From: an uncultured Gemmatimonadales bacterium
Lineage (GTDB): Bacteria; Gemmatimonadota; Gemmatimonadetes; Gemmatimonadales; GWC2-71-9
Assembly: GCA_963730185.1 (NCBI GenBank)
Contig: CAVSQW010000006.1
Span: 384,001-448,000 of the forward strand
DNA length: 64,000 nucleotides
Reading direction: 5' to 3'
Below the pieces are notes generated by a model that was not told where the DNA came from, made no database searches, and saw only the letters and a list, made by a program, of their open reading frames with translations. The translations under genes were made by a program, and so were the position numbers. Shown here piece by piece: positions 12,301-21,871 of the stretch (the stretch's first letter is position 1; the number at the start of each line of letters is the position of its first letter).

Positions 12301-12690
12301 GCGGCCGGCGACCGGCTGGGCGGTAGCGAATCGGTTCTCCTGGTCGAAGACGACCCCAGCGTCCGGGCCGTCACCCGGGCGATCCTCGAACGGGCGGGAT
12401 ACCAAGTCCTGGCCACGGCCACCGGGTCCGAGGCGATCGAGGTTTCGGACCGGGGCGACCCCATCGACCTGCTCCTGACCGACATGGTGCTCCCCGGCGG
12501 GATCAGTGGCAGCGAGCTGGCACGCCGACTCCGGCGCCAGCGGCCGGTGCTCCGGGTCCTGGTGTTCAGCGGCTATAGTGCCGAGATCGCCGGCCGCGAT
12601 CTCGGACTCGAAAGCGGATCGCACTTCCTCCAAAAACCCTGCACGGCGGTCGAGCTCCTGACCAAAGTCCGAGCCTGCCTCGACGAGTGA
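9351..12690 (+). CDS. Hybrid sensor histidine kinase: TM, multiple PAS domains, GAF, HisKA, HATPase, receiver (frameshift near 10935)
   Basis: PAS motifs (VTHPDD, IHLEDR), GGVAHDFNNIL, NLAVNARDAM, FEPFFTTK, GTGLGLA, receiver LLVEDD...LLTDMVLP...FLQKP. Confidence 0.92.
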
Positions 12691-12938
12691 CTCGGCGTCA
12701 AGCGGGCGTTCCGACGGAATCGCCGCACCGGCTTCGGGTTCGCACCCCTCGCGGGATGGGAAGGGATCATGGAAGGGTACCGGACCAATCCGCAGATCCG
12801 CGCCGCAGCTGGCACCTACGCGGACCTCTGGACAGTGAGCAAACGGGAGTTGTTCCTGATCGCGTAGCCCGCTCGGGCTGGTGAGCCTGGTCGGCGATCG
12901 GCGGACCGGGGAGTCGACCTGGACCAGTGGAGTCACGA

Positions 12939-13788
12939 ATGGATCTGAGCCACGTCACGAAGACCGTCGCCCTCGGCGACGAGACGTTCCCGGTGGTCGA
13001 TGTTGGATCCGGCCCCCCGGTCGTCCTCTTACACGGCTTCCCGGACTCGCGGTTCCTCTGGCGGCGTCAGGTCCCCGCGCTCGCCGAACGCCGGATACCG
13101 GGTCGTCGCGCCCGACCTCCGCGGGTTCGGCGACGCTCCCCGCCCCGCCGGGATTCACGCCTACCGCCGCCCCTTCCTGATCGCCGACGTGCTCGGCCTG
13201 CTGGACCGGCTGGAACTCGACCGGGTCCACCTGGTAGGGCACGACTGGGGCGCGTCGCTGAGCTGGCGGATCGCCGGGTCGTACCCCGACCGGATCGATC
13301 GGTTGGTCGTGCTGTCCGTCGGCGCGCCCGAGAGCCCCGGCTGGGGAACGATCGCCCAGCGGGAGAAGTCCTGGTACTTCGACTTCTTCTGCAAGCGGGG
13401 CCTGGCCGAGAAGGTCCTGACCGCCGACGACTGGAGGCTCTTCCGGGAGTGGAGCCGCGGCCAGGGAGACCAGGAGCGCCATCTCCGAGACCTCGCCCGC
13501 CCCGGCGCGCTCACCGCCGGCCTCAACTGGTATCGCGCCGCCTTCTTGCCGCCCGAGCCCGGCGAGCCTCCGGTCCCCGACCTGCCCGCCTGGGACCGGG
13601 TCAGGAGCCCGACGCTCGGGGTCTGGGGCGAGGGCGACCCCTTCCTGCTCGAGCCCCAGATCGCCGAGTCGGCTCCCTGGGTGGCCGGGCCGTGGCGGTA
13701 CGAGCGGCTCACCGGGGCCGGGCACTGGTTGATGCTGGACCGGCCCGACCCAGTCAATCGCTTGCTGCTCGAGTTCCTCGGCGCCTGA
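12939..13788 (+). CDS. Alpha/beta hydrolase, epoxide hydrolase-like (frameshift near 13090)
   Basis: LLHGFP, APDLRGFG, GHDWG nucleophile elbow, AGHW catalytic His. Confidence 0.88.
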
Positions 13789-13854
13789 AACGGCAATCCG
13801 AATGCCCAGAGGGTGTTTCTCTGATCTCCGTGTCCTCCCCAGCCTTCGCATATC

Positions 13855-13889
13855 TATACCTTGCGCCGTATATGCTTGTCACGGTATAT
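13855..13889. promoter_or_regulatory. Inverted repeat TATACC-N22-GGTATA, candidate ArsR autoregulatory operator/promoter
   Basis: AT-rich palindromic arms immediately upstream of the ArsR start at 13897. Confidence 0.55.
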
Positions 13890-13896
13890 TGGCTGG

Positions 13897-14241
13897 ATGG
13901 CATCAGCATTCGACGTCATCGCGGAGCCAAGTCGGAGGGCGATTCTGAGCCTATTGGCCTCGTCGCAACGGTCGGTCGGAGAGATCGAGCGGCAGCTTCG
14001 GATGCCCCAGCCGACGGTATCGAAGCACCTTCGCGTGCTCCGCGAGGCCGGGTTCGTGGAGGCCACGGTGGACGCGCAGCGCCGGCTCTACAGCCTCAGG
14101 CCGGGGCCCCTTCAGGAGGTGGATGCCTGGCTGGCTCCCTTCCGTCGACTCTGGTCCGCGCACGTCGATGCACTCGAGCGCCACCTCGACCGCATGGATC
14201 AGTCACCTCAAACGAAGAAGAAGTCACGGAGAACGCGATGA
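13897..14241 (+). CDS. ArsR/SmtB family transcriptional regulator
   Basis: AFDVIAEPSRRAIL, QPTVSKHLRVLREAGFV, QRRLYSL. Confidence 0.9.
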   Translation: MASAFDVIAEPSRRAILSLLASSQRSVGEIERQLRMPQPTVSKHLRVLREAGFVEATVDAQRRLYSLRPGPLQEVDAWLAPFRRLWSAHVDALERHLDRMDQSPQTKKKSRRTR

Positions 14242-14864
14242 GCGCGCGCGAACGGTATGCCCCCGGTCCGGCCAGCGGGGCGCGAGTCGACAAGGCAGGC
14301 GGCACCTGGACGCTCGTCGTAGTCCGAGACCTGCACCACCCGCCGGAGAAGGTCTGGCAGGCACTCACCGACCCGGTTCACCTCCGCGAGTGGGCGCCCT
14401 TCGACGCCGACGGGAGCCTGGGCAGGGTCGGGAACACGGTGAAGCTCACGACCGTGGGAGCGCCCAAGCCGCAGGTGTCCGAAACCAAGGTGACGCGAGC
14501 CGACGCCCCCAAGGTGCTCGAGTACAAATGGGGTGGCTTCGACATGCGGTGGGAGCTCGAAGCCGTCGGCGGCGGCACTCGCCTGACGCTCTGGACCAAC
14601 ATCGATCGCCGCTTCATCGCCATGGGAGCGGCCGGGTGGCACGTTTGCTTCGACGTGCTCGATCACCTGCTCGGCGGCGATCCGATCGGCCGCCTCGTCG
14701 GGCCCGAGGCGCTCAGGTTCGAGGGCTGGCAGCGCCTGCACGTCGAGTACGCCAAGCAGTTCGGCATCGAGACACCCAGCTGGCCGCAATCGCTAGGAGG
14801 AGGACGCGATGGAAACGACCCTGCGAGGCCAGATCGGCTTCCCCCGCGGGAGGTGACCTCATGA
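14238..14864 (+). CDS. SRPBCC/AHSA1-like domain protein
   Basis: ATGA overlap with ArsR; HPPEKVWQALTDP, GWHVCFDVL. The C-terminal end is uncertain. Confidence 0.85.
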   Translation: MSARERYAPGPASGARVDKAGGTWTLVVVRDLHHPPEKVWQALTDPVHLREWAPFDADGSLGRVGNTVKLTTVGAPKPQVSETKVTRADAPKVLEYKWGGFDMRWELEAVGGGTRLTLWTNIDRRFIAMGAAGWHVCFDVLDHLLGGDPIGRLVGPEALRFEGWQRLHVEYAKQFGIETPSWPQSLGGGRDGNDPARPDRLPPREVTS

Positions 14865-15269
14865 AAAAGTCGGCCGCGAGCCAGGACCAGTCGGCACCCA
14901 AGCGCATCTCCGAGCGGGTCGCCGAGCTCGGCGACTGGCGCGGGGAAACCCTCGCTCGGATGCGGAAGCTCATTCGGGAGGCGGACCCGGACGTCGTCGA
15001 GGAGTGGAAGTGGGCCAAGGCCACCAGCCCCGGCGTCCCGGTCTGGTCGCACGACGGGATCATCTGTACCGGCGAGTCTTACAAGAAGGCGGTGAAGCTC
15101 ACCTTCGCGAAGGGCGCCTCGGTCGACGACCCAGCCGGGCTCTTCAACTCGAGCCTCGAAGGAAAGGTGCGCCGGGCAATCGACATCGCCGAAGGCGAGA
15201 CGGATTGATGCGGCGGCCTTCAAGGCGCTGATCCGACGAGCGGTTGCCCTGAACCGGTCGGGCAAGTGA
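14861..15269 (+). CDS. DUF1801 (YdhG-like) protein (frameshift near 15203)
   Basis: LGDWRGETLARMRKLI, EEWKW, PVWSHDGIICTGESYK; shifted frame ends DAAAFKALIRRAVALNRSGK*. Confidence 0.82.
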
Positions 15270-15712
15270 CACCGGCGAAGAAGAAGGACAACAAGCCGTC
15301 GACGACCGCGAAGCCGGTACTCCTGTCCGGCGGCAACCCCCAGATCGCGAAGGCGGATGGAAGCGCGCCGGTCAGGGCATACCTCGCGGCGATGCCGGGG
15401 TGGAAGCGTCGGGTCGGACGGCAGCTCGATGCGCTCATCGCGAAGACGGTCCCCGAGGTGCGGAAGGCGGTGAAGTGGAACTCGCCGTTCTACGGCGTCG
15501 AGGGCCGGGGCTGGTTTCTCAACTTCCACTGCTTCGCCCGGTTCGTCCGAGTGGCGTTCTTCCGCGGCACGTCACTCCGACCCGTCCCGCCCGGCCAGTC
15601 CAAGCACCAGGACGTCCGCTACCTCGACGTCCACGAAGACCAGCCGCTCGACGAGACGCTGGTAACGAGCTGGATCCGGCAGGCGTCAGACCTGCCCGGC
15701 TGGCTCCGATAG
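15266..15712 (+). CDS. DUF1801 domain protein
   Basis: LLSGGNPQIAKADG, KAVKWNSPFYG, VAFFRGTSL. Confidence 0.85.
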   Translation: MTPAKKKDNKPSTTAKPVLLSGGNPQIAKADGSAPVRAYLAAMPGWKRRVGRQLDALIAKTVPEVRKAVKWNSPFYGVEGRGWFLNFHCFARFVRVAFFRGTSLRPVPPGQSKHQDVRYLDVHEDQPLDETLVTSWIRQASDLPGWLR

Positions 15713-15784
15713 CACGCGCGCTACAGGCGTTCGTTCGGCCTGGCTAACCCAACCAGCATCACAATCGTGCCACTGTAACCAACA

Positions 15785-15898
15785 GAATCAACCACAGAGC
15801 ACGCATGAGGGCGCCGAGGGATCTCCCTGCGTTCTCGGCCCCCTCTGCGGTTAATCAGTTGTTGTTGTCGTTTGTCGTTGTTGTTGTTGTTGTTTGTT
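15785..15898 (+). repeat. Hairpin repeat element copy 1, with a long (GTT)n tail
   Basis: GAATCAACCACAGAG...CTCTGCGGTTAATCAGTTGTTGTTG..; similar elements at 21759, 28703, 48954 and 57697. Confidence 0.8.
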
Positions 15899-15948
15899 CA
15901 TGGCACTCCGGCCCACGAACCGTACCGCCAGGCGCCGGTGCGAACGGA

Positions 15949-17037
15949 TCACTCGTTTCGCAACGCCACGATCGGATCGACCGACGCCGCCCGGCGGGCG
16001 GGCAGGTACCCAGCCACGAGAGCGATGACGCCCAGCAGGATGGCGGCGGCGCCGAGGACGCGGGGATCGGAGGGGCTGGTGTCGAAGAGGATGGCCTGCA
16101 TGCCCCGTCCGAGGGCCAGCGCCCCGACCAGTCCGATCGCAACGCCGGTCAGCGCCAGCCGCGCCGCCCCGCTCACCACCAGACGAACGACGCCGCCGTG
16201 GGAGGCGCCGAGGGCGGCGCGGAGGCCCAGCTCGCGGGTGCGGCGCGCCACCGCGTATGACATCACGCCGTAGGTCCCGACGGCCGCCAGCACGAGGGCG
16301 ACGATCGCCGAGACGGCCAGCATCTGCGCCGTGGCGGACTGAGGCGACGTGACCGTCGCCACCACCCGGTTCATCGGCGTCACCTCACCGGCCGCCAATC
16401 GTGGGTCGAGCCGGCCTACCGCCGCCTGGGGCGCCGCCGCGAGCGTCATAGGATCGCCGCTGCGGGTCGGGATGACCAGATACGCGGTGCGCGCGGTCCA
16501 TTGCGCCAACGGCGCGTAAACCACGTCGAGGGGTGCGTCGGCCGTGAGCGGATTGCCGCGCACGTCGCCGACGACGCCCACGACCTCCATCGACCGGTTG
16601 CCCCGGACCAGGCGGCGGCCCACCGCGCCCCCAGAGGGGAAGAACCGGCGCGCCGCGCTCTCGCTCAAGACCGCGACCGGCGGGCCGTCCTGGCGGTCGG
16701 CTGGCCGCGAGGAACCGGCCGCTCACGAGCGGCACCGTGAGGCTCTGCAGGTAACCCGGCGACACCCGCCGGAACCCGGCGATGGGAGCGTCCGCGAGTC
16801 GCTCGGGCCGCTCGGTCTCCGGGTAGAAGCTGGCCCGCTGGTCGGCCCACGTCATGGGCAGCACCGTGGTCAGCTCGGCGGCCTCCGCGCCCGGTAACGC
16901 GGCGGTGGCCTCCCGCAGGCGATCCCAGAACCGGAGCACCACGCTGTCGCGGGCGTAGTCCGTCTCGGGCAGGGAGACCGCGGCCGTGAGCACCCGCTCG
17001 GTCCGGAAGCCCGGGTAGGAGACGCTCAGGCGCCGGA
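15949..17037 (-). pseudogene. 3' half of an ABC permease, diverged duplicate of 21872..22956
   Basis: Colinear nucleotide similarity to the full permease. It lacks the 5' half and a start, has an internal frameshift near 16700, and ends abruptly at 17037. Confidence 0.9.
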
Positions 17038-17397
17038 TCGGTTCTCCTGGTCGAAGACGACCCCAGCGTCCGGGCCGTCACCCGGGCGATCCTCGAACGG
17101 GCGGGATACCAGGTCCTGGCCGCGGGCACCGGGGCCGAGGCGATCGAGATCTGGGACCGCGGCGATGGGATCGATCTGCTCCTGACCGACATGGTGCTCC
17201 CCGGCGGGATGAGCGGCGGCGAGCTGGCGCGGCGGCTCCGCCGCGAGCGACCCGAGTTCCGGGTTCTGGTGTTCAGCGGCTACAGCGCCGAGATCGCGGG
17301 GCGCGATCTCGGTCTCGAGAGCGGAACGCACTTCCTCCAAAAGCCCTGCACGGCGGTCCAGCTGCTGGGGAAGGTCCGGGGCTGCCTCGACGAGTGA
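17038..17397 (+). pseudogene. Receiver-domain fragment, diverged duplicate of 12331..12690 of the hybrid kinase
   Basis: Ungapped alignment at offset 4707; about the first 75 nt are identical, then it diverges; same ACLDE/GCLDE* ending. Confidence 0.9.
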
Positions 17398-17444
17398 TCC
17401 AACGTCGGGACCGTCCGTGAGGATCGGGAGGTGGCCGGGGAACA

Positions 17445-17994
17445 GTGGAACCACCAGCGAAGGAAGCTTGGGCCATATTTGCCGGTCGGATCGACAATGC
17501 CGCCGTCGCTCGCTTCATGTCGAACATGACCGGCGCCACAAGCGAGGGGTTTACTCATCTTCACCTCCTCTTTCAGTCGTTCGGGGGCGTCGTTGGTGAT
17601 GGTGTTTGCCTATACAATTTCTTCCGGGCTCTGCCGTCCGACCTGACGATATACAACTCGGGCAAGGTCGAGTCGATCGCGACTATCGCTTTCCTCGGAG
17701 CCGGCAGACGGGTCGCGAGCAACCGCGCCACGTTCATGGTCCACCGAAACGAGCCTTACACCATCGGTCGCCACCGCGAGACGACTGGCATCCCTCACGA
17801 AAGGCCTGCTGCTCGATGACGAGAGGACCGAGGCGATCCTGAGGGAACATCTTGATCTAACCCCCGAACAGTGGGCGGAACGGAACGGCGACCAGGATGT
17901 CGAGCTCTCGGCGGATGACGCTAAGCGAATCGGCCTCATCCATGAGATCGCGGAATTCGTCCCGCCTCGCGGCACGCGCTTGTACAACATTTAG
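17445..17994 (+). CDS. Stand-alone ClpP-like protease (frameshift near 17748)
   Basis: FQSFGGVVGDG (ClpP NSPGG-like), VESIATIAF (catalytic Ser), TFMVH (His); shifted frame gives LSADDAKRIGLIHEI...YNI*. Confidence 0.75.
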
Positions 17995-18201
17995 GGCCTC
18001 GACCGGTCGCGGCCTTAGGGGCTCTGCCGTCGATAGGCCTGCGTGACGTCCCGGGCCCAGCGCTCGGCCTGGCGCAGGTCGTCCAGGGTGAGAGTGCCGA
18101 GATAGGAGGAGGGCTTGGGTATGGGGGAAGGGCAGGGGGTGGAGCTCAACGGATCGCGGGCTGCCAGTTTACGAATACGTGGTAGCACGTAATCGGCAAT
18201 G

Positions 18202-18243
18202 CCGGTGTATGATAATGCCGCACCGGTGTATGATAGTGCAGCA
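18202..18243. repeat. Two tandem 21-bp direct repeats (19/21 identical)
   Basis: CCGGTGTATGATAATGCCGCA / CCGGTGTATGATAGTGCAGCA. Confidence 0.85.
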
Positions 18244-18318
18244 GGAGCGAATGACCCTATTGCTACCTCCACCGGGATGGGCTAGGTTGCGACGTAGGTG
18301 ACCAGTCTAGGGGGCGAC

Positions 18319-18702
18319 ATGCAGCGTTGGCGTTCGGCGGCAAGCGTGTCCGCTCTGGCGACCCTTCTATGTCTGACTGGATGCGGCGGGCACGATCGCG
18401 CCGCGCAGGTCCTCTCGCTCAAGCTCCCGGCGGGTGACAGGCTCCAAAGTCTCGCTGTGGCTTCTCCCGATACCACTGTCCTGATGGTGTACGACCCCAG
18501 CGACTGCCTGGCCTGCGGGGCACCGTATGGTGCCTGGCGCGGATGGGCGCGCGAGAGCCCGCGACGCCACGTGCGGCTCGTTCTCGCTCGCAAGCCCTCC
18601 GAACTCGAGGCGAAGGAGCTGCGCATCGCCCGAGCCGAGCTCAGTGGGATCCTTGACGGACTACTGTCCGCACGGGTGACCAGGCCGGTCACTCGGCCAT
18701 AG
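18319..18702 (+). CDS. Hypothetical lipoprotein with a thioredoxin-like CxxC
   Basis: Lipobox LTGC; LMVYDPSDCLAC. The C-terminus may be affected by a frameshift. Confidence 0.55.
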   Translation: MQRWRSAASVSALATLLCLTGCGGHDRAAQVLSLKLPAGDRLQSLAVASPDTTVLMVYDPSDCLACGAPYGAWRGWARESPRRHVRLVLARKPSELEAKELRIARAELSGILDGLLSARVTRPVTRP

Positions 18703-18787
18703 CCGCCGAGGGGCCGTAACGCCGCGTTGTAGTCGATTTCGGCGGCACCCATCCCTGGCGCGTGCTCCCTCTCCCCTCGGCGACGCA

Positions 18788-19933
18788 ATGAACCAGTTCC
18801 GTCGGGTCGGTCTCGCAGTAGGCCTAATCGTGGCGGCAGGCTGTCGTCCGCGGACGGTTGATGCAAGTGGCGCGGATGTGCGTCTGGTGTCGGTAGACAG
18901 CGTGGTGCTGGCGGAAACGGACACGTCCTTCGTCGGGAAGCCGGCGATGTTCTTTGGGCTGGGCCCCGATGGCTCGTTCCTCATCCCGGACCAGACCAGT
19001 GATCGCTTGATGGTGTACGATCGCGACGGCCGCCTTCGCCAGTTCGTCGGGCGGCGGGGCCAGGGGCCTGGTGAGATGTCAACTGTCGGGATCACGACCT
19101 TTGTCGTCGACTCGTTGCTGATCCATGCGACGATGGGACGGTCGATTCATATGTTCGCCTGGCCAACGGGCCGATGGGTCAGGACCCTCCACGTCCGCGG
19201 CTTCGTGACGTCGGCCGCAGCTCTTGGGGGCCGCCTGTTCTTTGGCGACTACGATCCCTTTGTCCGCCGTGGGGTGGTCGTCCTCGAGCGCGAGGCCTTG
19301 GTCACTGAGGATACGGCCCAGGTTGGTGCATCCCTCGTAGAGTTTCCGAGGGACTACGTGACCTACCCCGACTTCGATATGTTTAACTCCGTGCTGATCG
19401 CCGCGTGGCCCGACACGTTGGCCGTGGGATTCGGTGGCACCGACTTTCTCGTGCTGTACGACCTGCGGGGAGCCCCGACCGACACCCTATGGATCCCACC
19501 GGTGCGGCGGCGTGGCATTCCCGAGGCAGCGAAGCGACTGTTCCGGCCGAACGCCGGGTCCTTCCCGGACCGGCTGGCGGCCGTCTCCGGTCTGTACGGT
19601 CTCTGGCGTCCCGACGAGGGCGGACTACTCGCTTGGTACGGCGATGGGGAAACGCACGGTGTCCCGGGCCAGCCGATGGAGGTGCTGAACCAGGCCTGGC
19701 TCTCATTGATCGACCCCGGTTTGCGGCGCGCCTGCGTCGACATCCGGGTCCCGGCGTTCGACACGAAGATTCCGCGGCTCGCCTTCCGGCACGATACGCT
19801 TTATGCGCTCGATCAGGTGGTGCCGGATCAGGAAGGGAAGTCGCCTCGGACGGTGATTCGCCGGTTTGTCATTGATCGGTCGCGTTGTGACTGGCAGCCG
19901 GTCAAGGTCGCTCACGCTTCGCCCAGGCCTTGA
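18788..19933 (+). CDS. 6-bladed beta-propeller (TolB/NHL-like) lipoprotein
   Basis: Lipobox AAGC; VYDRDGRLRQFVGRRGQGPGEM signature. Confidence 0.75.
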   Translation: MNQFRRVGLAVGLIVAAGCRPRTVDASGADVRLVSVDSVVLAETDTSFVGKPAMFFGLGPDGSFLIPDQTSDRLMVYDRDGRLRQFVGRRGQGPGEMSTVGITTFVVDSLLIHATMGRSIHMFAWPTGRWVRTLHVRGFVTSAAALGGRLFFGDYDPFVRRGVVVLEREALVTEDTAQVGASLVEFPRDYVTYPDFDMFNSVLIAAWPDTLAVGFGGTDFLVLYDLRGAPTDTLWIPPVRRRGIPEAAKRLFRPNAGSFPDRLAAVSGLYGLWRPDEGGLLAWYGDGETHGVPGQPMEVLNQAWLSLIDPGLRRACVDIRVPAFDTKIPRLAFRHDTLYALDQVVPDQEGKSPRTVIRRFVIDRSRCDWQPVKVAHASPRP

Positions 19934-20056
19934 TCTCGAGCGAGGTCTGCCGGACGCCCAACGTCTATCGATGAGGAAGCGACCTGTTTCAGGGACCGGC
20001 CGGGCCGACGCGACAGAGAGCGAAACGCCGACCAGCCTCGGTGATCCAGCGTCTGC

Positions 20057-20203
20057 CTACTTGCTCTTCTTCTTGTCCGGGGCCTGGGTCAGCACCGACG
20101 CCGCCAGCTTCTTCGCCTCGGCGGTCGTGGGCTTCTTGGCACCGGAGAGCACCTTCGAGGCGAGCGACGCGACGCCCTTCGACGTCTTCTCGTTCTTGGC
20201 CAT
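20057..20203 (-). CDS. Small basic hypothetical protein (48 aa)
   Basis: Strong RBS AGGAGG; MAKNEKTSKGVASLASKVLSGAKKPTTAEAKKLAASVLTQAPDKKKSK with clean GC3-rich codons. Confidence 0.75.
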   Translation of the reverse strand: MAKNEKTSKGVASLASKVLSGAKKPTTAEAKKLAASVLTQAPDKKKSK

Positions 20204-20392
20204 CAGGTACAACCTCCTGCATCCGGCAAACCCCTTGCTACCGGCGGAGTTGGCGGCCATGATTGTGGTGCATTCCACGAATCATGGGACTCCGGTCCCG
20301 GCCTCCCGGTGAGCAGCCTACCGCGCCCGGTGGGAGATTCGGCGCCCGTCCTCAGTGACAAGCTGGGAGCGGGCGTTCTTCCGTTCCTTCAA

Positions 20393-21466
20393 TCAAGCGA
20401 GGCGCAGATGGCCTGCTCGTCCGAAGTCGGAGCGAAACTGGTCGACGTTCTGATGAAGCGCCGAGCTGAGCGCTTTCGCCGTGAAGTTCAGCTCCCCAAG
20501 GTGCCTCTCGACGAGCTTGGTCAGGGCTCGCGGTCGCTCTGACGGAAGCTCGACTGGCTCATCGGACCTTCGCAGCTCGATCCAGAACCTTCGAGCGTGA
20601 CGCTCAGATATCATCCCGGACCGCTGGGAGCGCATCAGAATTGCCTGCATGGACAGGCCCCAGTGCTTCTTCAGGCTGGCCATCCGGTGCAAGTTCAGAT
20701 ATCGAAGGTGACCGCTCACTGCCCGGAACGACATCAAGAACTCCGACGCAAATCGGAACGCTTCCTCCTCGGTGTCCTTGCCCTCGGCAGGATTACGGAG
20801 GTGGTGGTGAAGGACGATATGGGCAACGTCGTGTGCCAACGTGGGGCGCCAACGGTCAGTCGACTGGGTCGGGTTCATAATGACCATCGGCGGGAGCGAG
20901 TCGTTGGGTTCATAGATGCTGAGCCCGTCGACTTGTGCCGTCCCGAAGTCGATCGCCACAACCAGGATGCCATGGCTCTCAACGACACTTGTGAGGTCGC
21001 GGACCGGTCCCGGCGCGACGTTCCAATAGACGCGCAGTAGGCCGGCCGCGTCCTCTGGGCTCTTGCCCTCCTTGGCGAGGTCGGTCAAGAGCACCCGGGG
21101 GGTGAGATCGGCGTCCAGGCTTCGCAGCAGGATCTCGATTCGCAGCCGAAAGAGGTTGACCGTGGCCCGGATCGCGGCAACGTCCCGGGCCCCGATCCGG
21201 GTCTTCTTCCGGAAGAACGTTGCTGGCACCTGCGTGAACCGCACGGGATGTCGGAAGAGTGAAACGGGATAGTCCAGGCGCTCCGCGATGCTGTCGAGGA
21301 CTTCGTCCGTCGGCCTGATGATCCCGGCCTCCATCTGAGAGAGAGCGCCCTGGGTGACCCCGACTGCCTTGGCGAGGGCCGTTTGCGAGAGGCGACGGGA
21401 CTCACGCCCGATAACCAGCATGAGGGGCGAGAACTCAGCCACGCGCGTCCTGGTGTTGCGTTCCAT
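20393..21466 (-). CDS. XRE HTH fused to an ImmA/IrrE (DUF955) metallopeptidase-like domain
   Basis: RESRRLSQTALAKAVGVTQGALSQMEAG HTH; VDGLS, TLAHDVAH, EEEAFRFASEFLM, LKKHWGLS. Confidence 0.88.
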   Translation of the reverse strand: MERNTRTRVAEFSPLMLVIGRESRRLSQTALAKAVGVTQGALSQMEAGIIRPTDEVLDSIAERLDYPVSLFRHPVRFTQVPATFFRKKTRIGARDVAAIRATVNLFRLRIEILLRSLDADLTPRVLLTDLAKEGKSPEDAAGLLRVYWNVAPGPVRDLTSVVESHGILVVAIDFGTAQVDGLSIYEPNDSLPPMVIMNPTQSTDRWRPTLAHDVAHIVLHHHLRNPAEGKDTEEEAFRFASEFLMSFRAVSGHLRYLNLHRMASLKKHWGLSMQAILMRSQRSGMISERHARRFWIELRRSDEPVELPSERPRALTKLVERHLGELNFTAKALSSALHQNVDQFRSDFGRAGHLRLA

Positions 21467-21529
21467 CGGTCTCACTCCTACGCCGCTGCTCTTCCTGGGC
21501 CTCGATGTCCGCCGCGCTGTCGCGCAGGG

Positions 21530-21679
21530 TCAGGAACTCAAGCGTTCCTGGGTCAACTTGGCGTTCACCGTCTTCACCCGCTCGGCCGCGGCGGCCGCGG
21601 CCCGGTACCAGGCCACGCCGGTCACGCCGGCGCCGAGCACCGCGGCGATCGGGAGCGCCCACCAGCGAAGGCGGGTCAT
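21530..21679 (-). CDS. Small membrane-anchored hypothetical protein (possibly frameshifted, extending to about 21435)
   Basis: MTRLRWWALPIAAVLGAGVTGVAWYRAAAAAAERVKTVNAKLTQERLSS*. Confidence 0.35.
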   Translation of the reverse strand: MTRLRWWALPIAAVLGAGVTGVAWYRAAAAAAERVKTVNAKLTQERLSS

Positions 21680-21758
21680 GGCTGGGAATCCCCGCATGGC
21701 TCGAGCACGCCGTTGGTGCAGAACGCGGGGAATCGACCGGCCCGAATCGAGGCCCGCA

Positions 21759-21838
21759 GAATCAACCGCGGACAGCGCAGAGGTCGCGGAGCTCTCTGCG
21801 TGCTCTGCGGCGTCCGCGGTTGAGCAGTTGTTGTTGTT
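21759..21838 (+). repeat. Hairpin repeat element copy 2
   Basis: GAATCAACCGCGGACAGCGCAGAGGTCGCGGAG-CT-CTCTGCGTGCTCTGCGGCGTCCGCGGTTGAGCAGTTGTTGTTGTT. Confidence 0.85.
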
Positions 21839-21871
21839 ACGATAGGATGTCGGTTGACGGCGGGTGACCGG

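Noticed and set aside
15949..17397. DGR-like or invertase-driven cassette switching between duplicated 3' ends
   Set aside because: The mismatches are not adenine-specific and are mostly synonymous-type divergence, the copies are direct rather than inverted, and there is no recombinase in the window.
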